DNA of 64,000 nucleotides from Vicinamibacterales bacterium (lineage in GTDB: Bacteria > Acidobacteriota > Vicinamibacteria > Vicinamibacterales > 2-12-FULL-66-21): contig DASTVZ010000012.1 of NCBI GenBank assembly GCA_035758845.1, positions 35,097 through 99,096 of the forward strand, given 5' to 3'. Below the pieces are notes generated by a model. That model saw nothing but the letters and a program-made list of their open reading frames with translations, was not told the origin of the DNA and did not search any database. Positions within the stretch are counted from its first letter, which is position 1. The number at the start of each line of letters is the position of its first letter. Shown here in pieces: positions 1-11,200 of this stretch. Position numbers and translations under genes: made by a program.

Positions 1-316
1 AGTGCAGATCGCCGAGCCACAACGCGGCCGGCACATGACCGGGGTTGAGAGCGAGGGCGCGCTCGAACCGGGATCGTGCCACCTCGTTCTGCCCGAGCAT
101 GAAAGCGGCGACGCCAGCGCCAAAAGAGAGGGTGGCGTCGCCCGGCTCCAGCGCAGCTGCCTCGGTAAAGGTAGTCAGCGCGTCACCGAAACGGCGGGCG
201 TCGATCGCTGCCGTGCCGGTACGCGCGAGCGTGCTTGCATCCTGGCCACGAGCCTCACCAGTCACCAATACGACGAGGCTCAGCGCAGCCAGTGCTGTGA
301 ACCGTCTGATAGACAC
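1..316 (-). CDS. TPR-repeat protein with N-terminal signal peptide (5' part only; continues past the left edge)
   Basis: Minus-strand frame is open from GTG at 316 to position 1. It translates as VSIRRFTALAALSLVVLVTGEARG, then TPR-like FGDALTTFTEAAALEPGDATLSFGAGVAAFMLGQNEVARSRFERALALNPGH. It is absent from the ORF track because it has no stop in the window. Confidence 0.55.
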   Translation of the reverse strand, partial: MSIRRFTALAALSLVVLVTGEARGQDASTLARTGTAAIDARRFGDALTTFTEAAALEPGDATLSFGAGVAAFMLGQNEVARSRFERALALNPGHVPAALWLGDLH

Positions 317-452
317 TGAGCGGTCGAGCGTGCAAAAAGAGTCCCGCGAAAACTGCCGGAAAACTTCCCATGTGTTCGATCGGCACGGCATTTTGTCGCT
401 TGTGGCGTCTACAAAAGTCTGCCTCCACTACGGTTTCCTCTCGCCCTCTGCT

Positions 453-481
453 ACACATCACGATGTGTGTAATAATGTGTG
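453..481 (+). promoter_or_regulatory. Putative vapBC operator/promoter
   Basis: Perfect inverted repeat ACACATC-ac-GATGTGT at 453-468. Direct ATGTGTG repeats at 463-469 and 475-481 flank a TAATAAT box and end 2 nt before the vapB ATG. Confidence 0.45.
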
Positions 482-482
482 G

Positions 483-683
483 ATGGCGACGAATCTCGAC
501 CTCGATCCGGCGCTGGTTGATGAAGCGGTCGCGGTCGGTGGACGCCGCACCAAGAAGGAGGCAGTCACCGAGGCACTCCGCGAATACATCGCGAGACGGC
601 GCCAACGTTACATCACCGCGCTGTTCGGAAAGGTCGCGTACGAACCTACGTACAACTACAAGAAGCAGCGGCGCCGCAGATGA
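483..683 (+). CDS. vapB: Type II antitoxin, VapB family (DUF2191/Arc-MetJ-like)
   Basis: Internal ATG of ORF 45..683 gives 66 aa: MATNLDLDPALVDEAVAVGGRRTKKEAVTEALREYIARRR. The 4-nt ATGA overlap with the downstream PIN gene is typical of TA pairs. Confidence 0.8.
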   Translation: MATNLDLDPALVDEAVAVGGRRTKKEAVTEALREYIARRRQRYITALFGKVAYEPTYNYKKQRRRR

Positions 684-1090
684 GGGTGCTGGTCGATACG
701 TCCGTCTGGTCACTGGCGCTGCGGCGCCGCGCCCGACTCGACGAGCCCGTGGTCGAGGAACTGCGCTTCCTGATCGACCAGGGGCGTATCGCGATGATTG
801 GACCGATCCGCCAGGAACTGTTGAGCGGCATCCGAACACTGGAGTCGTTCGAACGGCTGCGGGATCACCTGCGACCGTTCGTTGACGAACAGCTGGAGAC
901 GGCGGACTTCGAACGCGCAGCCGAACACTTCAACACCTGCCGGGCGCGAGGCGTGCAGGGCACGAATACCGATTTCCTCATCTGCGCCGTCGCCGAGCGC
1001 CGCAAGCTCCCGATTCTGACCAGCGACACCGACTTCGTCCGGTTTGCGAGAGTCCTCCCAATCGAACTGCACGGCCGAACTACGGAGTGA
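680..1090 (+). CDS. vapC: PIN-domain ribonuclease toxin VapC
   Basis: 136 aa, starting MRVLVDTSVWS (first acidic PIN residue), with a later TSDTDF motif. Translationally coupled to vapB. Confidence 0.85.
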   Translation: MRVLVDTSVWSLALRRRARLDEPVVEELRFLIDQGRIAMIGPIRQELLSGIRTLESFERLRDHLRPFVDEQLETADFERAAEHFNTCRARGVQGTNTDFLICAVAERRKLPILTSDTDFVRFARVLPIELHGRTTE

Positions 1091-1191
1091 CAGCCGCTCG
1101 TGGTGATGTGGCTGCAAGCTGCGCGCCTCAGGCAAGTGCATGAAGAGATGAGTCGGGTCTCGGGGATGATTCTGGTACTCTCTAAGCCGCA

Positions 1192-2055
1192 ATGCTCAAT
1201 ATCAAACGTGTAGGAGTCATTGGCGCAGGAACGATGGGCAACGGGATCGCCCAAGTGTTCGCGCAAAAAGGATTCGAAGTACAGCTCGTCGACCTCGCGG
1301 CACCGGCACTTGACAGAGCGAGAACCTCCATCGAGAAGAGCCTCGACAAGTTCGTCGACAAGAGCAAGCTCACCAGGGACGAGCGCGACGCGGCGCTGTC
1401 GCGTCTCACGATCGGCACCAGCATCGATGCCCTCGCGACCGCCGACTACATCGTCGAAGCAATTGTCGAGGACGAGAGCACCAAGCGTGCGTTGTTCTCC
1501 CGGCTCGATACGCTGACCCGTCCGCACGTCATCCTGTCGTCGAACACGTCATCGATCTCCATCACCACGCTCGGGGCCGCCACCAAACGGCCCGACAAAG
1601 TGCTGGGCATGCATTTCATGAACCCGGTGCCGCTGATGGCGCTGGTGGAATTGATCCGCGGGCAAGCCACGTCGGCTGAATCCATGCTCACGGCAGCCGA
1701 GTTGTGCATGGAACTCGGCAAGACCGGCATAGAAGCCGCCGACTACCCCGGGTTCATCGCCAACCGCATTCTGATGCCGATGATCAACGAAGCGATCTTC
1801 GCGCTCATGGAAGGGGTTGGCACGCCGGATGCGATCGATGCGGTGATGAAGCTGGGCATGAATCATCCAATGGGACCGCTGGCGCTGGCCGACTTCATCG
1901 GCCTCGACGTGTGCCTCGCGATCATGAACGTCCTGCACAATGGGCTGGGAGATCCGAAATACCGTCCGTGTCCTCTGCTTCGACGCATGGTTGCGGCCGG
2001 ACACCTGGGGCGCAAGAGCGGCCGCGGTTTTTATGAATACCAGTCGCAGGGGTAG
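1192..2055 (+). CDS. hbd: 3-hydroxybutyryl-CoA dehydrogenase
   Basis: 287 aa with Rossmann motif VGVIGAGTMGNGIAQV. The 3-hydroxyacyl-CoA dehydrogenase pattern holds throughout, ending GRKSGRGFYEY. Confidence 0.85.
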   Translation: MLNIKRVGVIGAGTMGNGIAQVFAQKGFEVQLVDLAAPALDRARTSIEKSLDKFVDKSKLTRDERDAALSRLTIGTSIDALATADYIVEAIVEDESTKRALFSRLDTLTRPHVILSSNTSSISITTLGAATKRPDKVLGMHFMNPVPLMALVELIRGQATSAESMLTAAELCMELGKTGIEAADYPGFIANRILMPMINEAIFALMEGVGTPDAIDAVMKLGMNHPMGPLALADFIGLDVCLAIMNVLHNGLGDPKYRPCPLLRRMVAAGHLGRKSGRGFYEYQSQG

Positions 2056-2057
2056 AT

Positions 2058-2984
2058 CTATTGGGCGAAGTAGCCTCGCCGCGCGGTTACCTTCCCTGAC
2101 CTCCCTTTCAGTTTGACGTCGAGCCGATGCCATCCGGTCGGCGACACGCCGGTCGGCGTGTAGGACAAGACGTAGCGATCGCGAAATTCCGCGAGCGTTT
2201 GCGTAAACGTCGCGCGCAGATCTCTATTTGAAGTGGCGAACATCACTCGCCCGCCAGTTTCCTCGGTGAGGTTGTCGAGAAACTTGCCGGCTTTCTCGAT
2301 GGTTATCACCTTCGCCGCTGTGATACCGGTCCTGCCAGATGTCGACGACATTGTGTATGCATAACGCTGTTCCCCGATTGCGACCGCGTAGACGACGGCG
2401 TCGGTCCGTTTCGCCGCTTCGATCACAGCCGACGGGCGGAGCCAGCTCGCCGTGTCCGCACCATCGCTGAAGACCAAGACAAGCGTCCGTCCAGGATCCG
2501 CCTCTCGCAGGGCGAGCGCAGCAAACGCCGCGTCGCGAAGCGACGTGGCGCCTTGCGCTGAGAGCGTCGCGAACGCACCCTGAATCTGCTGCCGGCTCGG
2601 CGTCAGCGGCGCCAGCAGCCGAACACGTGTCGCAAAGGACACCAGCGCAACACGGTCGTCTGGTCGTAATCGTTCCAGCAACGATTGCGCCGCCTGGACG
2701 AGCGCGTGCAGCCGGTCCCCGGCCACGCTGCCGCTCGTATCGAAGGCGAGGATGAGATTGAGCGGGATCTGCTCGACCTCGAATTCGGATACCTTTTGCA
2801 GCACGCCCTCATCTCGCAATTCGAAATCCTTGGCACTGAGTCCGCGAACCAGTTCCTGCCCATGCGTGACCAACACGTCGACGCGGACGCCAATGGTCCC
2901 CGACGTGAATCGCTGCGCAGGTACAGAAGGTCCAGCGATGACGATGATGAGCGCCACGGCACACGCGGCGTGAAGCCGAATCAC
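2058..2984 (-). CDS. VWA-domain protein (secreted or membrane-anchored)
   Basis: ORF 2058..3059 trimmed to the GTG at 2984, which overlaps the upstream stop (GTGA). Hydrophobic N-terminus AACAVALIIVIAG, then MIDAS-like LILAFDTSGSVAG. Confidence 0.7.
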   Translation of the reverse strand: MIRLHAACAVALIIVIAGPSVPAQRFTSGTIGVRVDVLVTHGQELVRGLSAKDFELRDEGVLQKVSEFEVEQIPLNLILAFDTSGSVAGDRLHALVQAAQSLLERLRPDDRVALVSFATRVRLLAPLTPSRQQIQGAFATLSAQGATSLRDAAFAALALREADPGRTLVLVFSDGADTASWLRPSAVIEAAKRTDAVVYAVAIGEQRYAYTMSSTSGRTGITAAKVITIEKAGKFLDNLTEETGGRVMFATSNRDLRATFTQTLAEFRDRYVLSYTPTGVSPTGWHRLDVKLKGRSGKVTARRGYFAQ

Positions 2985-4027
2985 GGGTGGATCATCCTTC
3001 GCGCTTCTTCGACGTACCCCGGACCACGCCATGCGGTTCCGCGCGAGTACCAGAACCATGGATCCGCCGTATCGGGAACATCTCGCGCACGCGCGCTCGA
3101 ACGCACGTCCTCGGCCGCCTCGGCGCGGGCGCCGCGTGCATGCCGCACGTGTGCAAGGGCGACGTATGCCGATTGCGCGGTGGGCATCATCGCCACGGCC
3201 GCGCTGTAGCGTCGTTCGGCTTCCACGGTGTCGCCGCGCTTCTCGAGCGTCTCTCCTTCAAACAGCCTGGCGAGATATTGGTACGGCATTTCTGCGGCTG
3301 GGCCGATCTGTCCCAGGACTTTCATTCCCTCGGCGTCATTACGAAGCACGAGCACGCGGCCAAGCCGCAAACGTGCTTCGGCCAGGGTCGGGGCAACAAT
3401 GAGTGCCTGCCGATAGTGTCGTTCGGCATCGCCCAAATCCCCCTTCACATCGGCATCATCCTCGTGATTCATCCACCAGGCCATCTCCTCAGTGGCGCCG
3501 AGCGCCAAGAGGAGCTCCGCAGAGTCGCCGCTTGGATCGCGGGCATGCTCGCCGAATTGCTTTGCCGTCCTGACCAACCGGCCCTCGTGGAGAAGCGCGA
3601 GCACGAGGAGCGGCCACTGTTTGACGAACGGAGAGGCGCGACCGCGTGATCTGAGCTTGGCGACGTACGTCTCGGAGAGCGCGATTTGGTACCGGAACTC
3701 CCCCTCGTTGTGCCGGGTGAGCGCGACAAATGCGCGCGCCGTGTGCAACATGACCGCGCCGCAAATCGTAGCGGCCGCTCGTTCGGAGTCTTCCTTGTTC
3801 TTGCCGTCGAGTGCTTTGAAGAGCGCGTCCCGCTCGGCCGTCACCTCGGCGGCCATGATCCTCGCGAGTTTGTTCAGTGCGAGTTCGTCCTGACCTTGAC
3901 GAAACAGATCGATCGCGTCGGCATAGGGGGTCGTCGCACCCTGCGTCGATGCGCGCACGACGTGACACAGCGCGAGCCCGAGGACCAGGACACCCAACGC
4001 CGCTCGCACAGCAGGGCGTATCCGCAC
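2981..4027 (-). CDS. TPR-like repeat protein with signal peptide
   Basis: ORF 2981..4432 trimmed to GTG 4027, giving RIRPAVRAALGVLVLGLALC. The rest is helical TPR-like repeats. Coupled to the VWA gene. The start is uncertain. Confidence 0.5.
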   Translation of the reverse strand: MRIRPAVRAALGVLVLGLALCHVVRASTQGATTPYADAIDLFRQGQDELALNKLARIMAAEVTAERDALFKALDGKNKEDSERAAATICGAVMLHTARAFVALTRHNEGEFRYQIALSETYVAKLRSRGRASPFVKQWPLLVLALLHEGRLVRTAKQFGEHARDPSGDSAELLLALGATEEMAWWMNHEDDADVKGDLGDAERHYRQALIVAPTLAEARLRLGRVLVLRNDAEGMKVLGQIGPAAEMPYQYLARLFEGETLEKRGDTVEAERRYSAAVAMMPTAQSAYVALAHVRHARGARAEAAEDVRSSARARDVPDTADPWFWYSRGTAWRGPGYVEEARRMIHP

Positions 4028-4189
4028 ACGCGAAGAATACTGGTTCGCGACGCACTCCGCGCAAGCACGAAAAAGCTCGCGCCGTGTGCGAGAACAGGAC
4101 AGCGCTTCGACTGCCGCCGCGGGAAGCGTCAAAAACCTTCGAGAATTTGCCGTGTTTTGCCGGCATGTCCCTTGCGAAATGTCGGCGCG

Positions 4190-5380
4190 ATGCTGACCAC
4201 GGCCACGCAGACCGCACAGGATTCGTTTGCTCCCGCCACGATCGATACACCTGATATTGCCGCACGCCCAGCGCCGGAAAACGGCACGGGGAGCGCCGCG
4301 CCGGTGCTTCGACGTGAGCCCGCCATCAACGCGATGTTCCGTCGCATGTGTGAGCTCAAGGCGTCGGACCTGCACATCAGCGCATCGGTCGCACCGCTCG
4401 TCCGCAAGGATGGCGAGATGCGCCGGCTGCACGAAGCGGCAGGCCCCCTGACGTCAGAGATGGTCCTGACGCTGCTCAAAGAGATCATGCCGGTGGTGAA
4501 TCAGGCGGAGTTCGAGGCACGTCACGACACCGACTTCGCATACGAGATCGCAGGGCTCGCGCGATTCCGCGCCAACGTGTTCATGGATCGTCAGGGCGTC
4601 GGTGCGGTGTTCCGCGTCATCCCGTCGAAGATTCTGACCGCGGAGCAGCTCGAACTGTCGGCGCACGTCCTGGAGCTCTGCAAACTGACCAAAGGCCTGG
4701 TCCTCGTGACCGGCCCGACGGGGTCCGGAAAGTCGACGACGCTCTGCGCGATGATCGACTACATCAACCGGAACCGGACCGATCACATCATCACGATCGA
4801 AGATCCGATTGAATTCGTGCACCAGAACCAGAAGTGCCTGATCAATCAGCGCGAGGTGCACAACCACACGCGATCGTTCAAGGACGCGCTCCGCGCGGCG
4901 CTGCGCGAAGACCCCGACGTGCTGCTCGTCGGTGAACTGCGCGACCTCGAGACCATCGCAATCGCGATCGAGACCGCGGAAACCGGCCATCTCGTGTTCG
5001 GCACCCTGCACACGACGACGGCGGCTTCGACGGTGGATCGCGTGATTGACCAGTTCCCTGCCGATCGACAGGCCCAGATCCGGGTGATGCTGTCGGAGTC
5101 GCTACGCGGCGTCATCGCGCAGACGCTGTGCCGGAAGATCGGCGGGGGACGGGTCGCTGCACTGGAGGTGCTGCTCACCAACGGTGCGATCAGCAATCTC
5201 ATTCGCGAAGGCAAGACGTTCCAGATCCCGTCGATGATGCAAGTCGGCCGGGCTCAGGGCATGGTTTCGCTGAACGATGCGCTTGCCGATCTCGTGAAAA
5301 AGGGCCTGGTGGCGCCCGAGGAAGCGATTCTTCGCGCCGTCGACAAGGCGGGACTCGAGACCCTGCTCAAGCGGCGGTAG
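4190..5380 (+). CDS. pilT: Type IV pilus retraction ATPase PilT
   Basis: ORF 3686..5380 trimmed to ATG 4190. Contains Walker A GPTGSGKSTT and the PilT His-box AIETAETGHLVFGTLHT. Confidence 0.85.
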   Translation: MLTTATQTAQDSFAPATIDTPDIAARPAPENGTGSAAPVLRREPAINAMFRRMCELKASDLHISASVAPLVRKDGEMRRLHEAAGPLTSEMVLTLLKEIMPVVNQAEFEARHDTDFAYEIAGLARFRANVFMDRQGVGAVFRVIPSKILTAEQLELSAHVLELCKLTKGLVLVTGPTGSGKSTTLCAMIDYINRNRTDHIITIEDPIEFVHQNQKCLINQREVHNHTRSFKDALRAALREDPDVLLVGELRDLETIAIAIETAETGHLVFGTLHTTTAASTVDRVIDQFPADRQAQIRVMLSESLRGVIAQTLCRKIGGGRVAALEVLLTNGAISNLIREGKTFQIPSMMQVGRAQGMVSLNDALADLVKKGLVAPEEAILRAVDKAGLETLLKRR

Positions 5381-5400
5381 TTCCCGGCGGTCGGTGTTCG

Positions 5401-5901
5401 CTACTCGCGGCTCGGCGATCGGTTTCTGCGCAGCAGGACGATCATGGCGAGCGGGACGAGAATCAGCAGCTCGCGCCCGAGCGCGAGCAGGTTGACCGTC
5501 CAGAACTCCGGCAACCAGTAGCGCCGCGAAATCGCCATGAAGACGTGCCATGGGGATTCGAAGTACTCATGGCTGAACGGCCATAGCGCCATGATGCCGA
5601 TCGGCGGCGACGAATCGCTCCCCAGCCAATCAAGCAGCGTGTGCGACGCGTAAGCGAGCGCGATCGCACACGCGAGGACCGCGTCACGCGGTCGCGCAAC
5701 CAACCAGGTCACGATCCCCACGATCAGGGCAGCACCAATGCCGTGCGATGGTCCGCTGTGTGCGCCGACCAGGAGATCCAGATCCGCCGCCATTCCTGCG
5801 GCGGCGTAGGTAGCAATCCGCCGCGCTGTGTCCTGGCGTGGCAGTGAGACAAGCGATCCAGCAATCACGCCCGCGATGGCGTGACCTATTGGGGACGGCA
5901 T
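5401..5901 (-). CDS. Membrane-bound metal-dependent hydrolase, YdjM/DUF457-like
   Basis: 166 aa, multi-TM, with N-terminal PSPIGHAIAG and a HTLLDWLG motif. Lies next to recA; YdjM is an SOS-regulon member in E. coli. Confidence 0.6.
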   Translation of the reverse strand: MPSPIGHAIAGVIAGSLVSLPRQDTARRIATYAAAGMAADLDLLVGAHSGPSHGIGAALIVGIVTWLVARPRDAVLACAIALAYASHTLLDWLGSDSSPPIGIMALWPFSHEYFESPWHVFMAISRRYWLPEFWTVNLLALGRELLILVPLAMIVLLRRNRSPSRE

Positions 5902-5924
5902 GTGTAGCTCGGAGATCCTTTTCT

Positions 5925-6075
5925 TTTACTTTGCGCTGGGGCTCCACCCCCAGCGCCTTGCCAGCGCTCGCTCCCTTCGCTCGCGCCGTTTGATCCGCTG
6001 CACTTGGACCCTCAGTGAGGCATCCTGTCGCTGAGGGTTCCAGACGCCAAAAGCCAGCAGCCAACAGCCGGCACG
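5925..6075. repeat. Patchwork of short palindromic intergenic repeats
   Basis: Hairpin GCGCTGGGG-ctccac-CCCCAGCGC at 5933-5956. Hairpin CCCTCAG..CTGAGGG at 6009-6037. Motif GCCAAAAGCCAGCAGCCAACAGCC at 6046-6069. Each recurs elsewhere in the window. Confidence 0.7.
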
Positions 6076-6213
6076 CGTCGCATTTTTCGCAACCGCGCAG
6101 CATTTTTGGCGGTTCAGGATCTGCGACGTGCCACGACCAGAGGCGAAAGTCGATCATCGCCGTAAGCTGCTGATTTTGGGCCATCTAGCCTATGCAGCTT
6201 CACAGATTTTCGC

Positions 6214-6243
6214 TTGACTTTCTCCCCGGCACACTCCTAGAAT
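6214..6243 (+). promoter_or_regulatory. Probable sigma-70 promoter of recA
   Basis: TTGACT (6214-6219), 18 nt, TAGAAT (6238-6243), about 105 nt upstream of the recA ATG. Confidence 0.5.
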
Positions 6244-6348
6244 GCAGTCGCTGTCGTTCATTCATTTTGCGGCCATGACCTTCCTTGTCACGACCACGCT
6301 GCACAATGGCTCGACAGTCAACTGCATTCACGTCAGGAGCGCCACCGT

Positions 6349-7395
<1,047 letters not shown>

Positions 7396-7409
7396 ACGTT
7401 TGAAAGGCA

Positions 7410-7438
7410 AAAGGGAAAAGGTTCTACCTTTTCCCTTT
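7410..7438. terminator. Bidirectional hairpin between recA and the convergent FHA gene
   Basis: 12-bp stem AAAGGGAAAAGG / CCTTTTCCCTTT with loop TTCTA. The FHA stop codon (7424-7426) lies in the loop. Confidence 0.6.
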
Positions 7439-8254
7439 CTCCACAGCCACCCGCAGCCGAGCGTGCCCGAGCACAATCTCGTCGGCTGTCTCCAACCTCG
7501 TGCCCCGTGCCCCGGCGGGTACTCTGATCGCCCGTCCGTTGCGAACGATCGTCGTCCCGTGCGCGCTGCGGTCGTCCCACAGGCGATAAGACCGATCCTG
7601 CGCGTCGAACTCGATGTGGGCATGCCGGCGCGAGACGGTGCGGTTCTCGTCGGGTCCATCCTCGATGAACGCCACGTGGTTCGTCCGAATCAATCGTTGC
7701 CGCTGGTCCACGACATCGGATCGGCGGCCAATATCGATGCGCCCTCTGGTGAACGCATAATTGCGCTGTTCGGCCGTCCCCTTGATCACGGCGAGCTTCA
7801 GACGCAGGATTGCGTCATTGACCTGCGCGGCGGGAGCCTGCTTCTCCTCTGACCGGTCGGCGCGATCGAACTCGACATGAAAATCAGCCTCTGACCAGTC
7901 AGCCGCACGCCGTCGAACGTACACGACGGGCACGTCGAGCGTGTCGAGCGTGCAGCCAGATGATTTCAGCCGCTCGATCAGTCGGTCGGAGAGCGACGGC
8001 GGCCCGTCGAATACTGCCGCAGCCCGCGCACGTGATTCCTTGTCGCCGGCAATCACCTGGACACGGACGCGATTGAACGGAAACACGCGACGGCCGCGCC
8101 CGATATCCTGAATCTCCGCTTCGGCGCGATCGAGCACACCGTGTACGATCTCGATCGGCGAGGTCGTGGTTCTGCCGACGAACTCCACCACCGCAGCATC
8201 GACCGTCCTGCTGATCCGCCGTTCCAATTTCCGCGCCTTCGACGCAAAGTCCAT
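7424..8254 (-). CDS. FHA-domain protein (FhaA-like: DUF3662-type N-terminus plus C-terminal FHA)
   Basis: 276 aa. FHA signature IGRRSDVV...NRTVSRRHAHIEFD...GTTIVRNG. AAGGAG Shine-Dalgarno (SD) sequence 6 nt upstream. Last gene of the operon. Confidence 0.8.
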   Translation of the reverse strand: MDFASKARKLERRISRTVDAAVVEFVGRTTTSPIEIVHGVLDRAEAEIQDIGRGRRVFPFNRVRVQVIAGDKESRARAAAVFDGPPSLSDRLIERLKSSGCTLDTLDVPVVYVRRRAADWSEADFHVEFDRADRSEEKQAPAAQVNDAILRLKLAVIKGTAEQRNYAFTRGRIDIGRRSDVVDQRQRLIRTNHVAFIEDGPDENRTVSRRHAHIEFDAQDRSYRLWDDRSAHGTTIVRNGRAIRVPAGARGTRLETADEIVLGHARLRVAVEKGKR

Positions 8255-8269
8255 TGCTGCTCCTTGGGG

Positions 8270-11200
8270 TCATTTCGCCAGGCCCAGCGCCGCCGCTGCT
8301 GCCACGATTTCGCCCGCCGCAGGAGCTGCGCCCTGGCCGCCGTAGCCTGCGTTCTCGAGAATGACGGCGACAGCAACGCGGCGGGTCGCGGCGCCGTACG
8401 GCGCAAATCCAACGAACCATGAATGCGATGGTGCACCACTGACTTCTGCCGTACCCGTCTTCCCCGCGATTGGAACCGGCACCGTCTTCACGCTCCGGCC
8501 GGTGCCGTCGACAACCACGTCACGCATGTAGCTGCCAAGCGTTCTTGCGATCTCGACGGGAATAAACGGATGCAACGCCGGCTTGGTATCGCTCGCTCGA
8601 ACTCGAACCTCGCGGAGATTACCGTCGGCGGCAATCGCGGCCGCGATCGCGGCCATTCGAAGCGGCGACGCGACGACTTCCCCCTGGCCGTATCCAACCT
8701 GCGGCAGCGTATCCCGGATGAGTGGCACCGAGTTGTTTCGCGCGAGCGAAACCTCCGCCGGTTGCGCGACGCTGAGCAAGGCTTGCGGACCCAACTTGAC
8801 GGCCAGTTGGGCGAAGTATGCATTGCAGGACACGACCAGAGCCCGATGCATGTCGATCGTGCCGTGCGGATGCGTGTCGAGCACGTCGTCGCGTATCGGC
8901 CGCGTGAATCCTGGCATCTTTACACCGACGCGATTATCCGGAAGCCGGCTGCAGGTAAACGTCTGCGACGACAAACTCTCCTCACGCCTGAGTGCCGCGG
9001 CCGCAGTGAGAAGCTTGAACGTCGACCCTGGCGGATAGAGTCCGTACCGAGCCCGGTCGAGGAGCGCTTCGTTCTCGCCTTCATCGGCAGCGGATCCTTC
9101 CTCGCGCATTCCGTCGACCGGCCAGGGGTAACTGACGCTCGCCAGCAGATCGCCTGTAGCTGGGTCGACGACGACTGCTGCGGCGCGACCACTGGAGGAT
9201 CGGCGCGCGTACGCCGCGATGATCGCCGCCGCGCGAGCCTGAAGACGCGCATCAACCGTCAGTTGTAATTGGCGATGCGGGTTCATCACCGCCTTCACGG
9301 CGGGATAATCAGGATCGAAACGATGACGAAATACCGCGACAAGGTCACGATAGTCACGTCGCAGCGCGGTGGCTTCTCCGCCCGCAGCGTCGCGTATCGC
9401 GACCATCGTTTGATGATCGTCGAAACCCCTCAGCGCTGACTCGCTGTCTCGTTCGACAAATGACGTGTTGGATGCACCCCAGTTCCGTCGCGTGCGTGCA
9501 TCGCCCAACAGATGAAACGCACGTCCGCCGAGCGGGTAACAGCGCGCTCCACGAGCCGCACACGAACCGTCCACAGGAAAACCCAGCTTCGCATACGCCG
9601 GTGCGGCCTTCCGCGCCAGTTCCACATCGTCGGTCGCCATCGCGAGACCGTTGCGATCGACGATGCTCCCGCGCGGGATCTGTCGGACGACGTCGAGGAG
9701 CCGCGGATTGTATTGGAAACGACGCAGGCCATCGGCCTGCAAACCGAGGTGCGGCTTCGCGAAGAGATCATCGGCGCGGCCAACCACGGTCAACCCTGCG
9801 ATGGTGACGAGGAATATCCCGGCTGCCGCCAACCCGCCATTCAGCCAACGCACGGGGGCACGGAACGCCGTGAGATCGGCGCGAGCAGCCGAGTCCGATC
9901 GGATCGAGGACAGCAATCCGAGCGCCGCGAAATTCGCAACCATTGCCGAGCCGCCGAAACTCAGAAATGGCGTGACGACTCCCGTCAGCGGAACGATGCC
10001 GAGGGTGCCGCTCATCATGAGCAGCGCCGGCACAACGAGAAAGAGCGCCAGCGTGAGCGCGAGAAAGAAGCCGTAGTCGGTCGACGCTTTGCGCGCGGTG
10101 TTGACGGCGCGAGCGACGAGTGCCGCATATACCAGTGCCACAGCCAGCAGTCCGGCAAATCCAAGCTCCTCGGATACTGACGCGAGGATGAGATCGGTAT
10201 GGCCCGCGGGCAGATAGCGCGTGTCGCCGAGACCCGGACCGGCGCCAAACCGGGCTCCGGTCGACATCGCCCACAGTGCGTGAGCAATCTGATCGCCGCC
10301 GCGCGCCACGTTGTCCCATGGTGCTTGCCACATGCGAACGCGATCGGCGAGTGTCGCGGAGATGCCGAGTTGATAGCCGACGTAAAAACCCGTCGCGAGA
10401 AGCACGCAGCCGGCCAGTGCCATTCCAATCGTGCCGCGCGCAACCGCATAGACGACAAGGAAGACAACCGCGAGCATCAACGCCGGGCCGAGGTCGCGCT
10501 GTCCAAAGAACAACGTCAGCGCAGCTGCGACGCCGATCAGAACTGGAGCGGCATAACGCGCGCGCGGCAGGTTCAGCCACGACGGCACCGCCACGTTACC
10601 GATCTGATTGCTGCGCACTGCCCGGAGCAATTCCCAATGGCGCGAGAAGTAGCCGGCGAGAAATAAGGCAAGCAGAATGCGGATTGCCTCAATCGGCTGA
10701 AAAAACCCCAGGTTGACCTTGGCGCCGCTGCCCACCGGACCCGATCCGAGCGGCGACAGGAGCAAGAGCGACAGCACGAAGACAGCCGCCAGCGGCAGAT
10801 AGCTGAGAGCTTTCAGACTGCTCGTCCGAACGTTGACGAAGGACAGCACCGTCGCAGCGACAAGCCCCGCGAGCACCCCTTCGACATACCGTGGAAACAG
10901 GAGTAGATCGCGAACCGGATCCGGACGGCTGATCATCGCTGCCAGCCCCAGCGCCGTCAGGAGATGCGCGGCAATGAGAAGCACGCGATCGCCGCGCAGC
11001 TTCCTCGCGCGCCAGATGAGGGACACAGCGTGAAACCCGACGAGATACAACACCGTCCAGATAGCGAGGGATCTGCGGACCGTCGAGAGGTCGCGAACAA
11101 CGAGCGACGGCTTGATGCTGCTCAATTGCGCGCTGGTCAGCAGAGACACCGACGACGGCGGGTCCCGTCGAGATGACTTGGCGCGTTCACGCTCCTCGGC

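Noticed and set aside
2-319. Plus-strand ORFs 2..319 and 45..683 (N-terminal part).
   Set aside because: Their translations are low-complexity. The opposite strand encodes a clean signal peptide plus TPR repeats, and only the last 66 codons of 45..683 match an antitoxin.
6185-6348. Search for a LexA/SOS box upstream of recA and of the YdjM-like gene.
   Set aside because: I found only an 8-nt inverted repeat, AATGCAGT...ACTGCATT, separated by about 65 nt. No motif is shared between the two upstream regions, and I do not know the LexA consensus for this lineage well enough to call one.
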